This document shows positions 23,528 to 36,597 of a stretch of DNA of 64,000 nt, in pieces (position 1 is the stretch's first letter; every line of letters starts with the position of its first letter). Source of the stretch: an uncultured delta proteobacterium (GTDB taxonomy: Bacteria; Myxococcota_A; Polyangia; Haliangiales; Haliangiaceae); the NCBI GenBank assembly GCA_963848295.1, contig CAWKDB010000011.1:576001-640000 (forward strand). Direction: 5' to 3'. The translations under genes were made by a program, and so were the position numbers. The notes beneath the pieces are model-generated. The model had not been told where the DNA came from, ran no database searches, and saw nothing but the letters and a program-made list of their open reading frames with translations.

Positions 23528-26148
23528 ATGAAGGACGATCCTAAAGAACCCAAGGCAGACGTGGGCCCCAAGCGGAGCGAGCCGGCGGACGCCGGCGAGC
23601 GGGGCCTGGACCGCTACCGGGCGAAGCGCACCGCGGGATCGACACCTGAACCGATGGCCAGCAGCCCAGCGGCCGTGGCGAAGGGCCCGCGCATGTTCGT
23701 CGTGCACCAACACGACGCGACGCGCATGCATTGGGACCTGCGGCTCGAGATCGACGGCGTGCTGTGCTCGTGGGCCGTACCGAAACCGCCCACGCTCGAT
23801 CCCGAGATCAAGCGGCTCGCGGTCAAGGTCGAGAATCATCCGCTCGAGTACGTCCACTTCGAGGCGGTCATCCCGGACGGCAACTACGGCGCCGGGCCGA
23901 TGATCGCGTGGGACCGCGGGTTGTTCCGCCCACTGATCGATCCGGCCCAGGGGTTGCTCGACGGCGAGATCAAGTTCGAGCTCTATGGCTACAAGCTGCG
24001 CGGCGGGTTCACGCTCGTCCACACCGGCAAGGGCACGCGCGGCAAGTTCTCCGGCCGCGGCTCGAACGACTGGCTGCTGATCAAGAAGCGCGACGCCCCG
24101 GCCGAGGCATTCCTCGCGGCCGGCGAGCCGCTGTCCGACGCGTCGGTGTTATCCGGCCTCACGGTCGAGGAGCTCGGCGCCGCGGGCGCCGCGGGCGCGC
24201 GCCGTCGAGCAGGCACTCGCCGGGCTCCCGAAGCGCTCGATCGCGGTCGGCTCGGTCGAGCCGATGTTGTGTCACACCGCGGAGGCCGCGTTCTCGTCGC
24301 CCGACTGGGTGTTCGAGCTCAAGTATGACGGGTTCCGGCTGATCGCGTATGGCGGCGCCGGCAAAGCCGAGCTGCGCTATCGCTCGGGCCTCGACCCGAC
24401 CGATCGCTATCCCGAGCTGACCTCGCGCGATCCGCGCGCTGCCGGTCGCCGACCTCGTGCTCGACGGCGAGCTCGTGATGCTCGATGCCGACGGCAAGCC
24501 GAACTTCGGCAAGCTGCAGGAGCGCGCGCAGATCGCGAAGGCCTCCGAGATCCAGCGCGCCGCGCTCGCCACGCCGGCGACCTACGTCGTGTTCGATCTG
24601 ATCGGCGCCGCCGGGCACGACCTGCGCGATCGCCCGCTCGTCGAACGCAAGGCGCTGCTCCAGCAGCTGGTGCCGAACGTGGGCCCCTTGCGCTACGGCG
24701 ATCACATCGCCGAGCACGGCGAGGCGTTGCTCGCGCAGGTCGTCGCGCGCGGGCTGGAAGGCGTCGTCGCGAAGAAGGCGCGCTCGCCGTATCGGGCGAC
24801 ACGGTCGCGCGACTGGCTGAAGCTCAAGCGCGATCCCGAAGCCGACTTCGCGGTGTGCGGCTACACCGCGCCGAAGGGCTCGCGCACCGGGCTGGGCTCT
24901 CTGCACCTGTGCGTGTGGCACGACGAGCGCTGGCTGTGGGCGGGCAAGGTCGGCTCCGGGCTCGACGACAAGCTGCTCGAGTCGTTGACCGCCGAGCTCG
25001 CCGCCAAGCCCACCTGGCAGCCGACGTTCCCCAAGCCGGAAGGCTCGAGCGACGCGCGCTGGATCGAGCCCGAGCTCGTCGTCCAGGTCCGGTACCGCGA
25101 GTGGCCGGTCGAATCGTCGCTGCGCTTCCCGGTGTTCGAGCGCCTGCGCCGCGATAAGGCCGCGCGTGATTGCACGATGCCGATCCGGCGCACGGGCGAG
25201 GAGGCGCCCGAGCCGGACGTCGAGGTCGAGCACGACGTGCCGACCCGCGAGCTCCGGCTGTCGAACTTGAAGAAGGTGTTCTGGCCCGCGGACGGCGAGA
25301 TCGCGCCGATCACGAAGGGCGAGCTGATCGACTACTACCGCTCGATCGCGCCGTACGCGCTGCCGTATCTGCGCGACCGGCCGACCGTGCTGACCCGTTA
25401 TCCCGATGGGATCACGGGCGAGATGTTCTATCAAAAGGATCTGCCGGCGTGGACGCCGCCGTGGCTGCGCACGACGACGTTGTGGAGCGAGCACAGCCAG
25501 CGCGAGATCCACTACCTGTTGCTCGACGACGCGGATGGGCTCGCGTTCGTCGCGAACATGGGGTCGATTCCGATCCACGCGTGGGCGAGTCGGATCACCG
25601 ACCTCGAGCGACCCGATTGGACGATCGTCGACCTCGATCCCAAGAACGCGCCGCGCGAGCACGTCGTGCCGCTCGCGCTCGCGATCCACGCGCTGTGCGA
25701 GGACATCGGGCTGCCGAACTACGTCAAGACGTCGGGCCAGACCGGGCTGCACGTGCTGATTCCGCTCGGCGGCACGTGCAACTTCGAGCAGGCGCGCACG
25801 CTCGCGTATCTGATCGGCATGGTCATCGAGCGCCAGCACCCGACGATGGCGACGACGAATCGCAACCCCGCCGCGCGCGGTGGCCGGGTCTACCTCGACT
25901 GGGGTCAGAACGCGCACGGCCAGCTGCTCGTCGCACCGTTCAGCGTGCGTCCGGTCGCCGGTGCGCCGGTGTCGATGCCGCTGACCTGGGACGAGGTCGT
26001 GCCCGGGCTCGATCCGAAGCAGTTCAACCTCCGCAACGCGCTCGCGCGCGTGCAAGCGTGGCCGAAGGATCCGCTGATCGCCGTCTTGACCGAGCGGCCC
26101 GATCTCGCCGCCGCGCTCTCCGCCCTCGAGAAGTTCGCGAAGGAGTAG
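23528..26148 (+). CDS. ligD: NHEJ DNA ligase D (PE-LIG-POL); frameshifts near 24200 and 24430
   Basis: FVVHQHDATRMHWDLRLE...SWAVPK (PE), ELKYDGFR (ligase), RYPDG / DLDP / KTSG (polymerase) across three frames. Confidence 0.9.
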
Positions 26149-26655
26149 TTACTTGCCGTACGTCTTCGTCATCTCGCCTTGCGCGACGACGTGGCCCTTG
26201 ATCGCCGCGTCGAGCTCGGGCCTCGTGATGTCGGGCTTGCCGATCGCGGTGTCGAGCGCGTAGACGTGGAACACGTAGCGATGCACGCCCGACGGCGGGC
26301 ACGGCGGCCCGTAGCCGACGTTGCCGAAGTCATTCTTGCCGACGGTCGCTTCCGGCGGATAGTGGTCGCCTCCCAGCATCGGCGATCTCGCGGGCAGATT
26401 GGCCACCAGCCAGTGAATGAACCCCGGCGGCGACGAGTCGAGGTCCTCGACGACGACCGCGAACGTCTTGGTCTGTGCCGGCGCACCCGACCAGGCGAGG
26501 TGAGGCGCCAGCCCGAGCCCTTCGCACGTCTGCTCGCGGAAGAACGCGTCGCCCGAGAAATCGTCGCCATTGATGACAAGCGTCGCCGGCGCACCGCCGC
26601 CCTTGCCACACGCGATGACGACGCTGATCGCGAGGAGGCGTGGCACTGGACCCAT
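26149..26655 (-). CDS. YbhB/YbcL (PEBP) family protein, probably a lipoprotein
   Basis: FIHW, YGPPCPP, HRYVFHVYALD. Confidence 0.88.
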   Translation of the reverse strand: MGPVPRLLAISVVIACGKGGGAPATLVINGDDFSGDAFFREQTCEGLGLAPHLAWSGAPAQTKTFAVVVEDLDSSPPGFIHWLVANLPARSPMLGGDHYPPEATVGKNDFGNVGYGPPCPPSGVHRYVFHVYALDTAIGKPDITRPELDAAIKGHVVAQGEMTKTYGK

Positions 26656-26677
26656 GTGCGCATGATAGCGTGCCGGC

Positions 26678-28426
26678 GTGAAGATCGCCTGCATCGGCGG
26701 GGGACCCGCGGGGCTCTACCTCGGCATCCTCGTCAAGCGTCAGGCGCCCGAGCACGAGGTCGTGATCTACGAGCGCAATCGGCCGGACGACACGTTCGGG
26801 TTCGGCGTCGTGTTCTCCGACGCGACGCTCGATCACCTCGCCGCGGCGGACCCCGAGACCCACGCCGAGATCACGGCGCGGTTCGCGCGCTGGGACGACA
26901 TCGAGGTCCACGTCGTCGCCGGTCCCGGCGGACCGACCGCCACCTCGGTGCTGCGCTCGACCGGCCACGGGTTCTGCGGCCTCGAGCGCAAGGCGCTGCT
27001 CGAGATCCTGCAACGCCGGGCCCGCGCGCTCGGCGTGCGCGTCGAGTACGAGCGCGAAGTCCGCGCGCTGTCCGAGGTCACGGCCGACGTCATCGTCGCG
27101 TGCGATGGCGCCGCGAGCTGGGTCCGCGACGCGCTCGGGCCGCAGCTCGGTCCGAACGTCGACGTCCGGCCGAACAAGTTCGTGTGGCTCGGTTGCACCG
27201 TGCCGTATCACGCGTTCACGTTCATCTTCAAGCCGACGCGGTTCGGGTTGTTCCGCGTCCACGCATATCCGTACACCGCGACCGGCTCGACGTTCATCGT
27301 CGAGTGTCGCGACGACACCTGGCGCGCCGCCGGCCTGCACGAGGCCGACGAAGATCGTACGATCGCGATCCTCGGCGAGATCTTCGCGGCCGAGCTCGGC
27401 GGCGGCGCGCTGGTCAAGAACCGGTCGATCTGGCGCAATTTTCCGACCGTCAAGTGCGCCACGTGGCACGCGGACAACGTCGTGCTGCTCGGCGACGCCG
27501 TGCACACCGCACACTTCTCGATCGGTTCGGGCACGAAGCTGGCGATGGAAGACTCGATCGCGCTGCGCGACGAGCTGCTCGCCGGCGGCGATATCGGCAC
27601 GGCGCTCGCGCGCTACGAGCAACGCCGCCGCCCCGAGGTCTACGCGCTGCAGACCGCAGCGCAGGCGAGCCTCGAGTGGTTCGAGCACACCGAGCGTTAC
27701 CTCGCGATGCCCGCGGTGCAGCTGACTTATAGCTTGATGACCCGGAGCCTGCGCGTATCGCACGCGTCGATGGCGAAGCGCGATCCGGACCTCGCGCGCG
27801 CGGTCGAGCAACTGCTCGCCGATGGGGCCGGCGTGACCGGCCCGGCGCCGGCGCCGACCGCCTGCCCGCTCGTCCTGCCGCGGCTGCGCGCGCGCGGCCG
27901 GATCGTCCATGCGCCCGGTGGCATCTCCGCGCCGCCGAACGCGGTCGCCCACGCGCGCGACGCGGCGATCTCGCTCGTCGACGTTCGCGACGCGAAAGCG
28001 GTCGCCGCGATCCGCATGGCCGGCGGGCTCGCCGCGTTGCGAGTCCCGGCGACGCGTGAAGCCGGCGAACGCGCCGTGCCCGATTGCGATCTCGTCGTGC
28101 TCGATCCCGGGCGCGACCCGCTCGACGTCGAGCTCTTGCCGGCGGCGATCCACACGCTGCGCGCGAGCTACGCCGGAGCGATCGCCGCGGTCGTCCGCGA
28201 GCACCCGGTCATCCCGGGCCACATCGCGCAGCTGCGCCGTGCCGGGGCCGATCTCGCGTGGATCGCCGCGCACGACGACCGCGCGACGCTCGAGCTCGGC
28301 GATCGCATCCGCAACGAGCTCGGCTTTCCAACCGCGGTCATGCTCGCGCGCACGCCGCTCGCCGCGCTCGATGCGACGATCGCCGCCGGTCGCGCCGATC
28401 TGGTCGCGGTGCCCGAGGTCGGGTGA
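26678..28426 (+). CDS. FAD monooxygenase of the salicylyl-CoA 5-hydroxylase / anthraniloyl-CoA monooxygenase type, with a shortened C-terminal domain
   Basis: GGGPAG, DTFGFGVVFSD, TAHFSIGSGTKLAMED, SLEWFE. Confidence 0.85.
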   Translation: MKIACIGGGPAGLYLGILVKRQAPEHEVVIYERNRPDDTFGFGVVFSDATLDHLAAADPETHAEITARFARWDDIEVHVVAGPGGPTATSVLRSTGHGFCGLERKALLEILQRRARALGVRVEYEREVRALSEVTADVIVACDGAASWVRDALGPQLGPNVDVRPNKFVWLGCTVPYHAFTFIFKPTRFGLFRVHAYPYTATGSTFIVECRDDTWRAAGLHEADEDRTIAILGEIFAAELGGGALVKNRSIWRNFPTVKCATWHADNVVLLGDAVHTAHFSIGSGTKLAMEDSIALRDELLAGGDIGTALARYEQRRRPEVYALQTAAQASLEWFEHTERYLAMPAVQLTYSLMTRSLRVSHASMAKRDPDLARAVEQLLADGAGVTGPAPAPTACPLVLPRLRARGRIVHAPGGISAPPNAVAHARDAAISLVDVRDAKAVAAIRMAGGLAALRVPATREAGERAVPDCDLVVLDPGRDPLDVELLPAAIHTLRASYAGAIAAVVREHPVIPGHIAQLRRAGADLAWIAAHDDRATLELGDRIRNELGFPTAVMLARTPLAALDATIAAGRADLVAVPEVG

Positions 28427-29589
28427 ACGCGCGCCGCTATCAGCTGCGCAAGGACGCGCTCGCGATCATCGCGCGCGGCCATCCGTGGGTGTTCCGCGAT
28501 CAGCTGTCGACCGCGGCGACCGTGTTTCGCGATGGCCAGTGGCTGCGCCTGGTCGGTGGTGACAACGCGGTCATCGGCTACGGCCTGTACGAAGCCGACG
28601 GCGCGATCGCGATCCGCGTGCTGCGCCGAGGCGGCGCCGCGCCCGATGCGGCCTGGCTGCGCGACACGATCGCCGCCGCGGTCGCCAAGCGCGCGTCGCT
28701 CGTCGAGCACACGACCGGCCTGCGCCTGGTCAACGGCGAGAGCGACGGTCTCCCCGCGGTCGTCGCCGATCGATTCGGCGACACGATCGTCGTCGCGAGC
28801 TACAGCGCGGGCGCCGATGCCCTCGCCCGCTACGCCGCTCATTACTTCGCAGTGACGCCGTCTCCGATCGTCGGCCCGGCGCGCCACGTGATCGTGCGGC
28901 CCGCGCGCCGCCGTCATGCCGACGCGTTGCCGGCGCGCGTGATTCGAGGTGCCCCGCCCGAGGTCGCGCGGTTCCGCGAAGATGCCATCGACTTCGCCGT
29001 CGATCTCATAGCCGGCCACAAGACCGGCGCGTATCTCGACCTGCGCGGACTGCGGCGAGCGGTCGCCGCCTCCTCGCTGGCCGGCGCGCGGGTACTGAAT
29101 CTGTTTTCGTACACCGGCATGCTCGGCCGAGCCGCCGAAGGCGCCGGGGCGGCAGAGATCACGCACGTCGACGAGTCGGCGCGCGCCCTCGCGTTCGGCG
29201 CCGCGCACCACGTGGTCGATCCGGCGCGCCACCGCTTCGTCGAAGGCGATGCGTTCGGGTACCTCGCCACGCTCGATCCGGCCGAGACGTTCGATCTGAT
29301 CATCGTGGATCCGCCATCGATGACGAGCCGGATCGATCAGGTGCCCGGCGTGCTCGCCGCCTATCGCAAGCTCTACACCGCCACGAAGGCGCGCGTGCGG
29401 CCCGGTGGCGCGATCGTCGCGGTGTGCTGTACGAGCCGGGTCGAGCGCGTCGAGTTTCGTCGCACCGTCGGCAGCGCGCTCGGCGGTGCGCTCGCGCTCG
29501 AGTCCGAGCTCGCGCCCGAGCTCGATCACCCGGTCGGCTTTCCGCAGGCCGACTACTTGAAGATCACGGTTTGGCGCGCAGGTCGCTGA
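28423..29589 (+). CDS. RlmI-like class I SAM-dependent rRNA methyltransferase
   Basis: GHPWVF, GESDGLP, HKTGAYLD, LNLFSYTG, IVDPP. Confidence 0.85.
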   Translation: MNARRYQLRKDALAIIARGHPWVFRDQLSTAATVFRDGQWLRLVGGDNAVIGYGLYEADGAIAIRVLRRGGAAPDAAWLRDTIAAAVAKRASLVEHTTGLRLVNGESDGLPAVVADRFGDTIVVASYSAGADALARYAAHYFAVTPSPIVGPARHVIVRPARRRHADALPARVIRGAPPEVARFREDAIDFAVDLIAGHKTGAYLDLRGLRRAVAASSLAGARVLNLFSYTGMLGRAAEGAGAAEITHVDESARALAFGAAHHVVDPARHRFVEGDAFGYLATLDPAETFDLIIVDPPSMTSRIDQVPGVLAAYRKLYTATKARVRPGGAIVAVCCTSRVERVEFRRTVGSALGGALALESELAPELDHPVGFPQADYLKITVWRAGR

Positions 29590-29845
29590 GGCGCCGATCC
29601 GGTCGAGTGTCGGTACCAAGCCGAGCTCGATTCACTTCGCGATCGATGAGGCTGATCGGCGAGAGCGACGTCCACCGCGTGCCGCCCGCGCGCGCCCTAC
29701 GACTCGCGAGCTTCGGTCACGACGGTCGGCGCGACCACGTCGCGATCTATTCGGCCGAGAGCGCGCAGGCGGCTGATAGCGTCCGCGCATGCGCGGTAAC
29801 ATTTGACCGCTTGAATATTTCGACGACATCTCCGTAGTACAGGCG

Positions 29846-31261
29846 ATGAATTGGACAGTCCGAGTTGTTACGTGCGCGTTACTGATCGGATGCAAGTCTC
29901 CGACGGCGGCGACGCCGGACGGGGAAAACGTCGGAGATGCGGCCGCACCGTACGCGGTCACGATCGCGGTCGATCGAACGCGATCGGGCATCGCGCTGAG
30001 CTCGAGCTTCGCCGGGCTCAGTTATGAAAAAAGCATGATGACCACGCCGTACTTCTCGAGTACCAACACGGATCTCGTCGGGCTGGTTCGACGGCTCGGC
30101 GGCGGTGGCGTCGTCCGGATCGGCGGAAACAGTGTAGACGCGACCGAATGGAACCACACCGGCCCGGGCCTGACCGCGCACGAAGTGGGTCCACCGGATA
30201 TCGACCGTCTTGCCGGGTTCCTGCGCGCGACCGGCTGGAAAGCCCTGTACGGGATCGACTTCATCACGTCCCATGCCAGCGCAGGAGCAGCCGAAGCAAG
30301 CTATGTCGCGACGTCACTCGGCGACCGGCTCGACCGCTTCGAGATCGGGAACGAGCCCAATGACTATGCCAAGAACGGAGACAAGTCCTCGACCTACGGC
30401 TACACCGACTTCTGCGCTGACTGGGTGCCGTTCGCCACCGCGATCGATGCCGCGGTCCCCGGTGCGGCTCTCAGCGGACCCGGGAGCTCCGGGTTCTCGG
30501 CGGAGACGAGCTACACGATTCCGTTCGCCGCCGACGAGGGGACCCTCATCGATCAGTTGAGCCAACACTATTACGTCGGAGCAGGCACGGACCCGAGCTC
30601 GACGATCAGCAAGATGCTCGCGCCCGATCCGCAGCTCGCCGGGAACCTCACCGAGCTTGCAACCGCGTCGCACGGGCTCGGCGGCTTTCGCATCACGGAA
30701 GCAAACTCGTTCGCCAGCGGCGGCGTCCCGGGTGTGAGCGATACGTTTGCATCGGCGCTGTGGTCGATCGACTTTCTGTTCGAGGTCGCTCAGGCCGGAG
30801 GCGTTGGCGTCAATTTTCATGGCGGCAAGAACGTGTATTCGCCGATCGCGATCGACGACGCGACCAACGTCGTCGGGGTCCAGCCGCTCTATTACGGCAT
30901 CCTGTTGTTCGACGCGGCCGCGGACGGGACGCTGCTCGGCACGAACGTCACCGGCAATGCCAGCGCACTTTCGGCGTACGCGGTCGACGAGGTCGACGCC
31001 ACTACGGTGGCGGTGGTCGTGAACAAGAGCGCCGACGAGACCATCGACGTCGCGATCGACTTCGGACGCCCCGTCGGCGTCACGAGCGTGTTGACCCTCT
31101 CGGCGCCGGCATTGGACAGCACCACCGGTGTGGAGCTCGGCGGCGCTTCCGTGGGCATCGACGGCACCTGGACCCCGGTTGCAATGCCCGCGGCCGTGAC
31201 CGGTTCAATCGCCACGTTCGTGCTCGCTCCGGGAAGTGCGGCGCTCGTGCGCGCGCAATAG
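29846..31261 (+). CDS. Glycoside hydrolase family 79-like (beta-glucuronidase/heparanase) lipoprotein
   Basis: GLSYE, RIGGN, EIGNEPN, TEANS, GVSDTFASALW, NFHGG, PLYYG. Confidence 0.85.
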   Translation: MNWTVRVVTCALLIGCKSPTAATPDGENVGDAAAPYAVTIAVDRTRSGIALSSSFAGLSYEKSMMTTPYFSSTNTDLVGLVRRLGGGGVVRIGGNSVDATEWNHTGPGLTAHEVGPPDIDRLAGFLRATGWKALYGIDFITSHASAGAAEASYVATSLGDRLDRFEIGNEPNDYAKNGDKSSTYGYTDFCADWVPFATAIDAAVPGAALSGPGSSGFSAETSYTIPFAADEGTLIDQLSQHYYVGAGTDPSSTISKMLAPDPQLAGNLTELATASHGLGGFRITEANSFASGGVPGVSDTFASALWSIDFLFEVAQAGGVGVNFHGGKNVYSPIAIDDATNVVGVQPLYYGILLFDAAADGTLLGTNVTGNASALSAYAVDEVDATTVAVVVNKSADETIDVAIDFGRPVGVTSVLTLSAPALDSTTGVELGGASVGIDGTWTPVAMPAAVTGSIATFVLAPGSAALVRAQ

Positions 31262-31319
31262 CGGCCGGCGCGTCCTGCTTCGTTTCGGAAGCGATCTGAA
31301 CGCCTCCGGCCGCGAACTG

Positions 31320-31883
31320 CTAGCCGCGGGCTGACTGCGCGGTCAGCCGGCGGTAGCGCGCCAGGTGGTGCAGCGCCCGGCGCAAGGCGAGGTCATTGCC
31401 CGCGCGGCCGAGCCGCTCGAGCAGGCGCGCGAGGTTGTAGTGCGCGTCGGCGAGGGCCGGATCGATCGCGAGCGCGGCGTGATACGCGCCGATCGCCTCG
31501 GCGGTCCGGCCCTGATCCTCGATCGCGACGCCGAGGTTGAACCAGTACAGCGCGACGCCGCGGGCTACAACACCGCACCGCCATTCGGCGGTGCGGCTCG
31601 CGCCGGGCGAGCCGGCGAACGCGCTGCACAGCGCGAGCCGGTAGCAGGCCTCGGCCGCGGCGAGGTCGCCGTGATCGTGGCACAGCCGGCCGAGGTTGTT
31701 GTGGGCGTCCGCGAAGTCGGTTCGGCCCGCGAGCGCCCGGCGGTACGCCGCGATCGCCGCCGCCGGGTCACTCGCTTCGAGCGCGCAGCCCCGCTCGTAC
31801 CAGACCGCCGCGCTCGTCCCCCGGCGCAGCCCTTTGCGCGCCCCGAGCCGGTCGGTCAACGAAAGCAGATCGCCCACGTCCAT
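31320..31883 (-). CDS. TPR-repeat protein
   Basis: ADAHNNLG, YWFNLGVA, ADAHYNLA. Confidence 0.75.
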   Translation of the reverse strand: MDVGDLLSLTDRLGARKGLRRGTSAAVWYERGCALEASDPAAAIAAYRRALAGRTDFADAHNNLGRLCHDHGDLAAAEACYRLALCSAFAGSPGASRTAEWRCGVVARGVALYWFNLGVAIEDQGRTAEAIGAYHAALAIDPALADAHYNLARLLERLGRAGNDLALRRALHHLARYRRLTAQSARG

Positions 31884-31913
31884 GACCGTAGCGAAGGGGT
31901 CTGACAAGGTAAG

Positions 31914-33308
<1,395 letters not shown>

Positions 33309-33370
33309 CGCCGCAAGATTTCCAAGCGCTTGACCGGGGGCGGTGGAACTTTCGTCAACTTTCTCCTGCG

Positions 33371-33401
33371 CGCTGCGACGTCGCAGCGACAGTCCCGCGA
33401 C
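33371..33401. promoter_or_regulatory. Candidate EBP enhancer: perfect 18-bp palindrome plus GCGAC x3 at 11-bp spacing
   Basis: CGCTGCGACGTCGCAGCG at 33371-33388; GCGAC at 33375, 33386 and 33397. Confidence 0.55.
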
Positions 33402-33466
33402 ACCGCGGCCGCGTTTGCGCGGTTCGAGGCGCCTCACGGTTACCGACTGTTACACCAGGCAACCGA

Positions 33467-33482
33467 CGGCCTGGTTCGTGCT
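33467..33482 (+). promoter_or_regulatory. Candidate sigma54 -24/-12 promoter
   Basis: cGG-CCTGGTTCGT-GCt (GG-N10-GC), about 70-100 bp downstream of the enhancer-like repeats. Confidence 0.5.
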
Positions 33483-33486
33483 TCAT

Positions 33487-33576
33487 AGGGCGTGCCCGCG
33501 CGATCGAGCTGAAGCCTCCCTGAGGGATCTTTCGGCAAAATCGATCACCTTCTGCCTCGATCGCGCGAGCGACCCT
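33487..33576 (+). ncRNA. Candidate stem-loop small RNA
   Basis: 12-bp perfect stem 33497-33508 / 33556-33567 with extendable pairing and an inner hairpin; no plausible ORF after the promoter. Confidence 0.4.
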
Positions 33577-34500
33577 TCAAGCGCCGGTCGTGCGCTGCGC
33601 GAGCCCGAACAGCTGGCGCTCGGTCCACGCGTCGAGCGCTGATCGCGGCTTGCCCGCGATCCGGCGCACCGCCTCGGAGCGTGCCGGCAGCGCGATCGCT
33701 CGCGCGGGCAATCGCCGGTAGAGCGGCGCGAACACGGCGAGCGCGGCGTGGACGGCCGCGGTCGTGCGCGGCGAATCCTCGAGGCCGAATGCGCTCACCA
33801 GGTGGCGCGGCAACAGCGTCGCGGTGATCGACTCGGCGACGCGACCGAGCGCGGGCTGGCGCCCACCGCCGCGCCCGACGAGAAACGCGCCCATCTCGCG
33901 CGCAGGCGGCGAGACCGCGAGCGTGGCGAACGCGCGCTCCATGTAGGCGGCGTGCTCGGCCCACGAGCGCGGCAGCAGGGCGTCGCGAAGCCCGAACAGC
34001 CGGGCGAAGCGGTTCTGCTCGACGACGTAGGCGTCTTTGATCGCGACGGGCAGCTCGCCGTCGAGGCGCTCGCGCACGACGAGCACGGTGTCGACCAACG
34101 TGGCGTGAACCCAGCGCAGCGTGGCGTCGTCGGTCGCGGCGTACCGGGTGCCGGCGGCCCAGCTGCCGACTCGCTCTGGCAACGCACCGGCGATCCGCGC
34201 GTGGACCGCATGGACCCGGCGCGCGGCGGCGAGCGCGGCATCGAGCTCTCCGAACGTCATCGCGAACACGTTGCGAAACGTGCGCTGGAAGCGGCCGACG
34301 ACGTCGCTGCGCGTCCGCGAATGCTCTGCGATCGCATAGGCGACGAACGGATGCGCGAGCTGGAGCAACGCCGCGCGCCCGCCGCCGAGGAACACCGCGA
34401 CGTCACCCGCGAGCTGCCACGACACCGAGCTCGGGCCGTAGATGCCGTGCCGCGGTTCGCGGATCTCGCGGGTCAGCGTCGCGAGCGATTCCTCGAGCAT
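33577..34500 (-). CDS. Oxygenase MpaB family (DUF2236) protein
   Basis: GPSSVSWQ, GGRAALLQLAHP, WVHATL. Confidence 0.85.
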   Translation of the reverse strand: MLEESLATLTREIREPRHGIYGPSSVSWQLAGDVAVFLGGGRAALLQLAHPFVAYAIAEHSRTRSDVVGRFQRTFRNVFAMTFGELDAALAAARRVHAVHARIAGALPERVGSWAAGTRYAATDDATLRWVHATLVDTVLVVRERLDGELPVAIKDAYVVEQNRFARLFGLRDALLPRSWAEHAAYMERAFATLAVSPPAREMGAFLVGRGGGRQPALGRVAESITATLLPRHLVSAFGLEDSPRTTAAVHAALAVFAPLYRRLPARAIALPARSEAVRRIAGKPRSALDAWTERQLFGLAQRTTGA

Positions 34501-34514
34501 GTCGCGCGTGACGA

Positions 34515-35923
<1,409 letters not shown>

Positions 35924-35927
<4 letters not shown>

Positions 35928-36571
35928 CGCTTCATGCCCACGACGAGCCCGTCCGGCGTAGGCACGCAGACCGAGGTACATGCTGCGGCGACGAGCTCGT
36001 GAAACTCGCGCATCGCGCGGCCTCGAGCATCATCCTGCATGAGCTCGCCGAATAGATAGGCGTTATCGCCGATCACGAGGCCGCCGATCCTCAAGTTTGC
36101 GAGCGCCCATCGCCCGTAGTGCGCGTAGTTGTCTTTGTCGGCGTCGATGAACACGAGGTCGAACGGCCCGTGACCGACGAGCGTCGGCAGGACGTCGCGG
36201 CCGGCGCCGACGTGCACGCTGACCCGCTCGCCGAGCCCGGCGGTCGCGAGGTTGTTGCGCGCGACCTCGGCGTGGCGCGGCTCGTACTCGACCGACCACA
36301 GGTGGCCGTCGGCGGGCAACGCGCGCGCGAGGTGGATCGCGGAGTAGCCGACGAGCGTGCCGACCTCGACGATCTTGCGCGCGCCGACGAGCCGCACGAA
36401 CAGCTCGAGCAAGCGGCCCTCGCTCGGACCGACCTGGATCGCGGGAATGCCGTCGGGCACCGCGAACGCCCGGGCGAGCGCCGCGTCGTGGCCGGCGTGG
36501 GTGCGATTCGCGAAGTCGAGGATCGCGGCAGAGGTGTAGCGTTCGCCAGCGCGAGAGTCGGAGTCGGCCAT
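35924..36571 (-). CDS. Class I O-methyltransferase (caffeoyl-CoA OMT-like)
   Basis: EVGTLVGYS, FIDADK, GDN. Confidence 0.9.
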
Positions 36572-36597
36572 CGCGCGTACTGTAGACGGGTTTGGCC

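Noticed and set aside
29632..29991. 119-aa minus-strand ORF
   Set aside because: Overlaps the GH79 start in antisense and has no recognisable features
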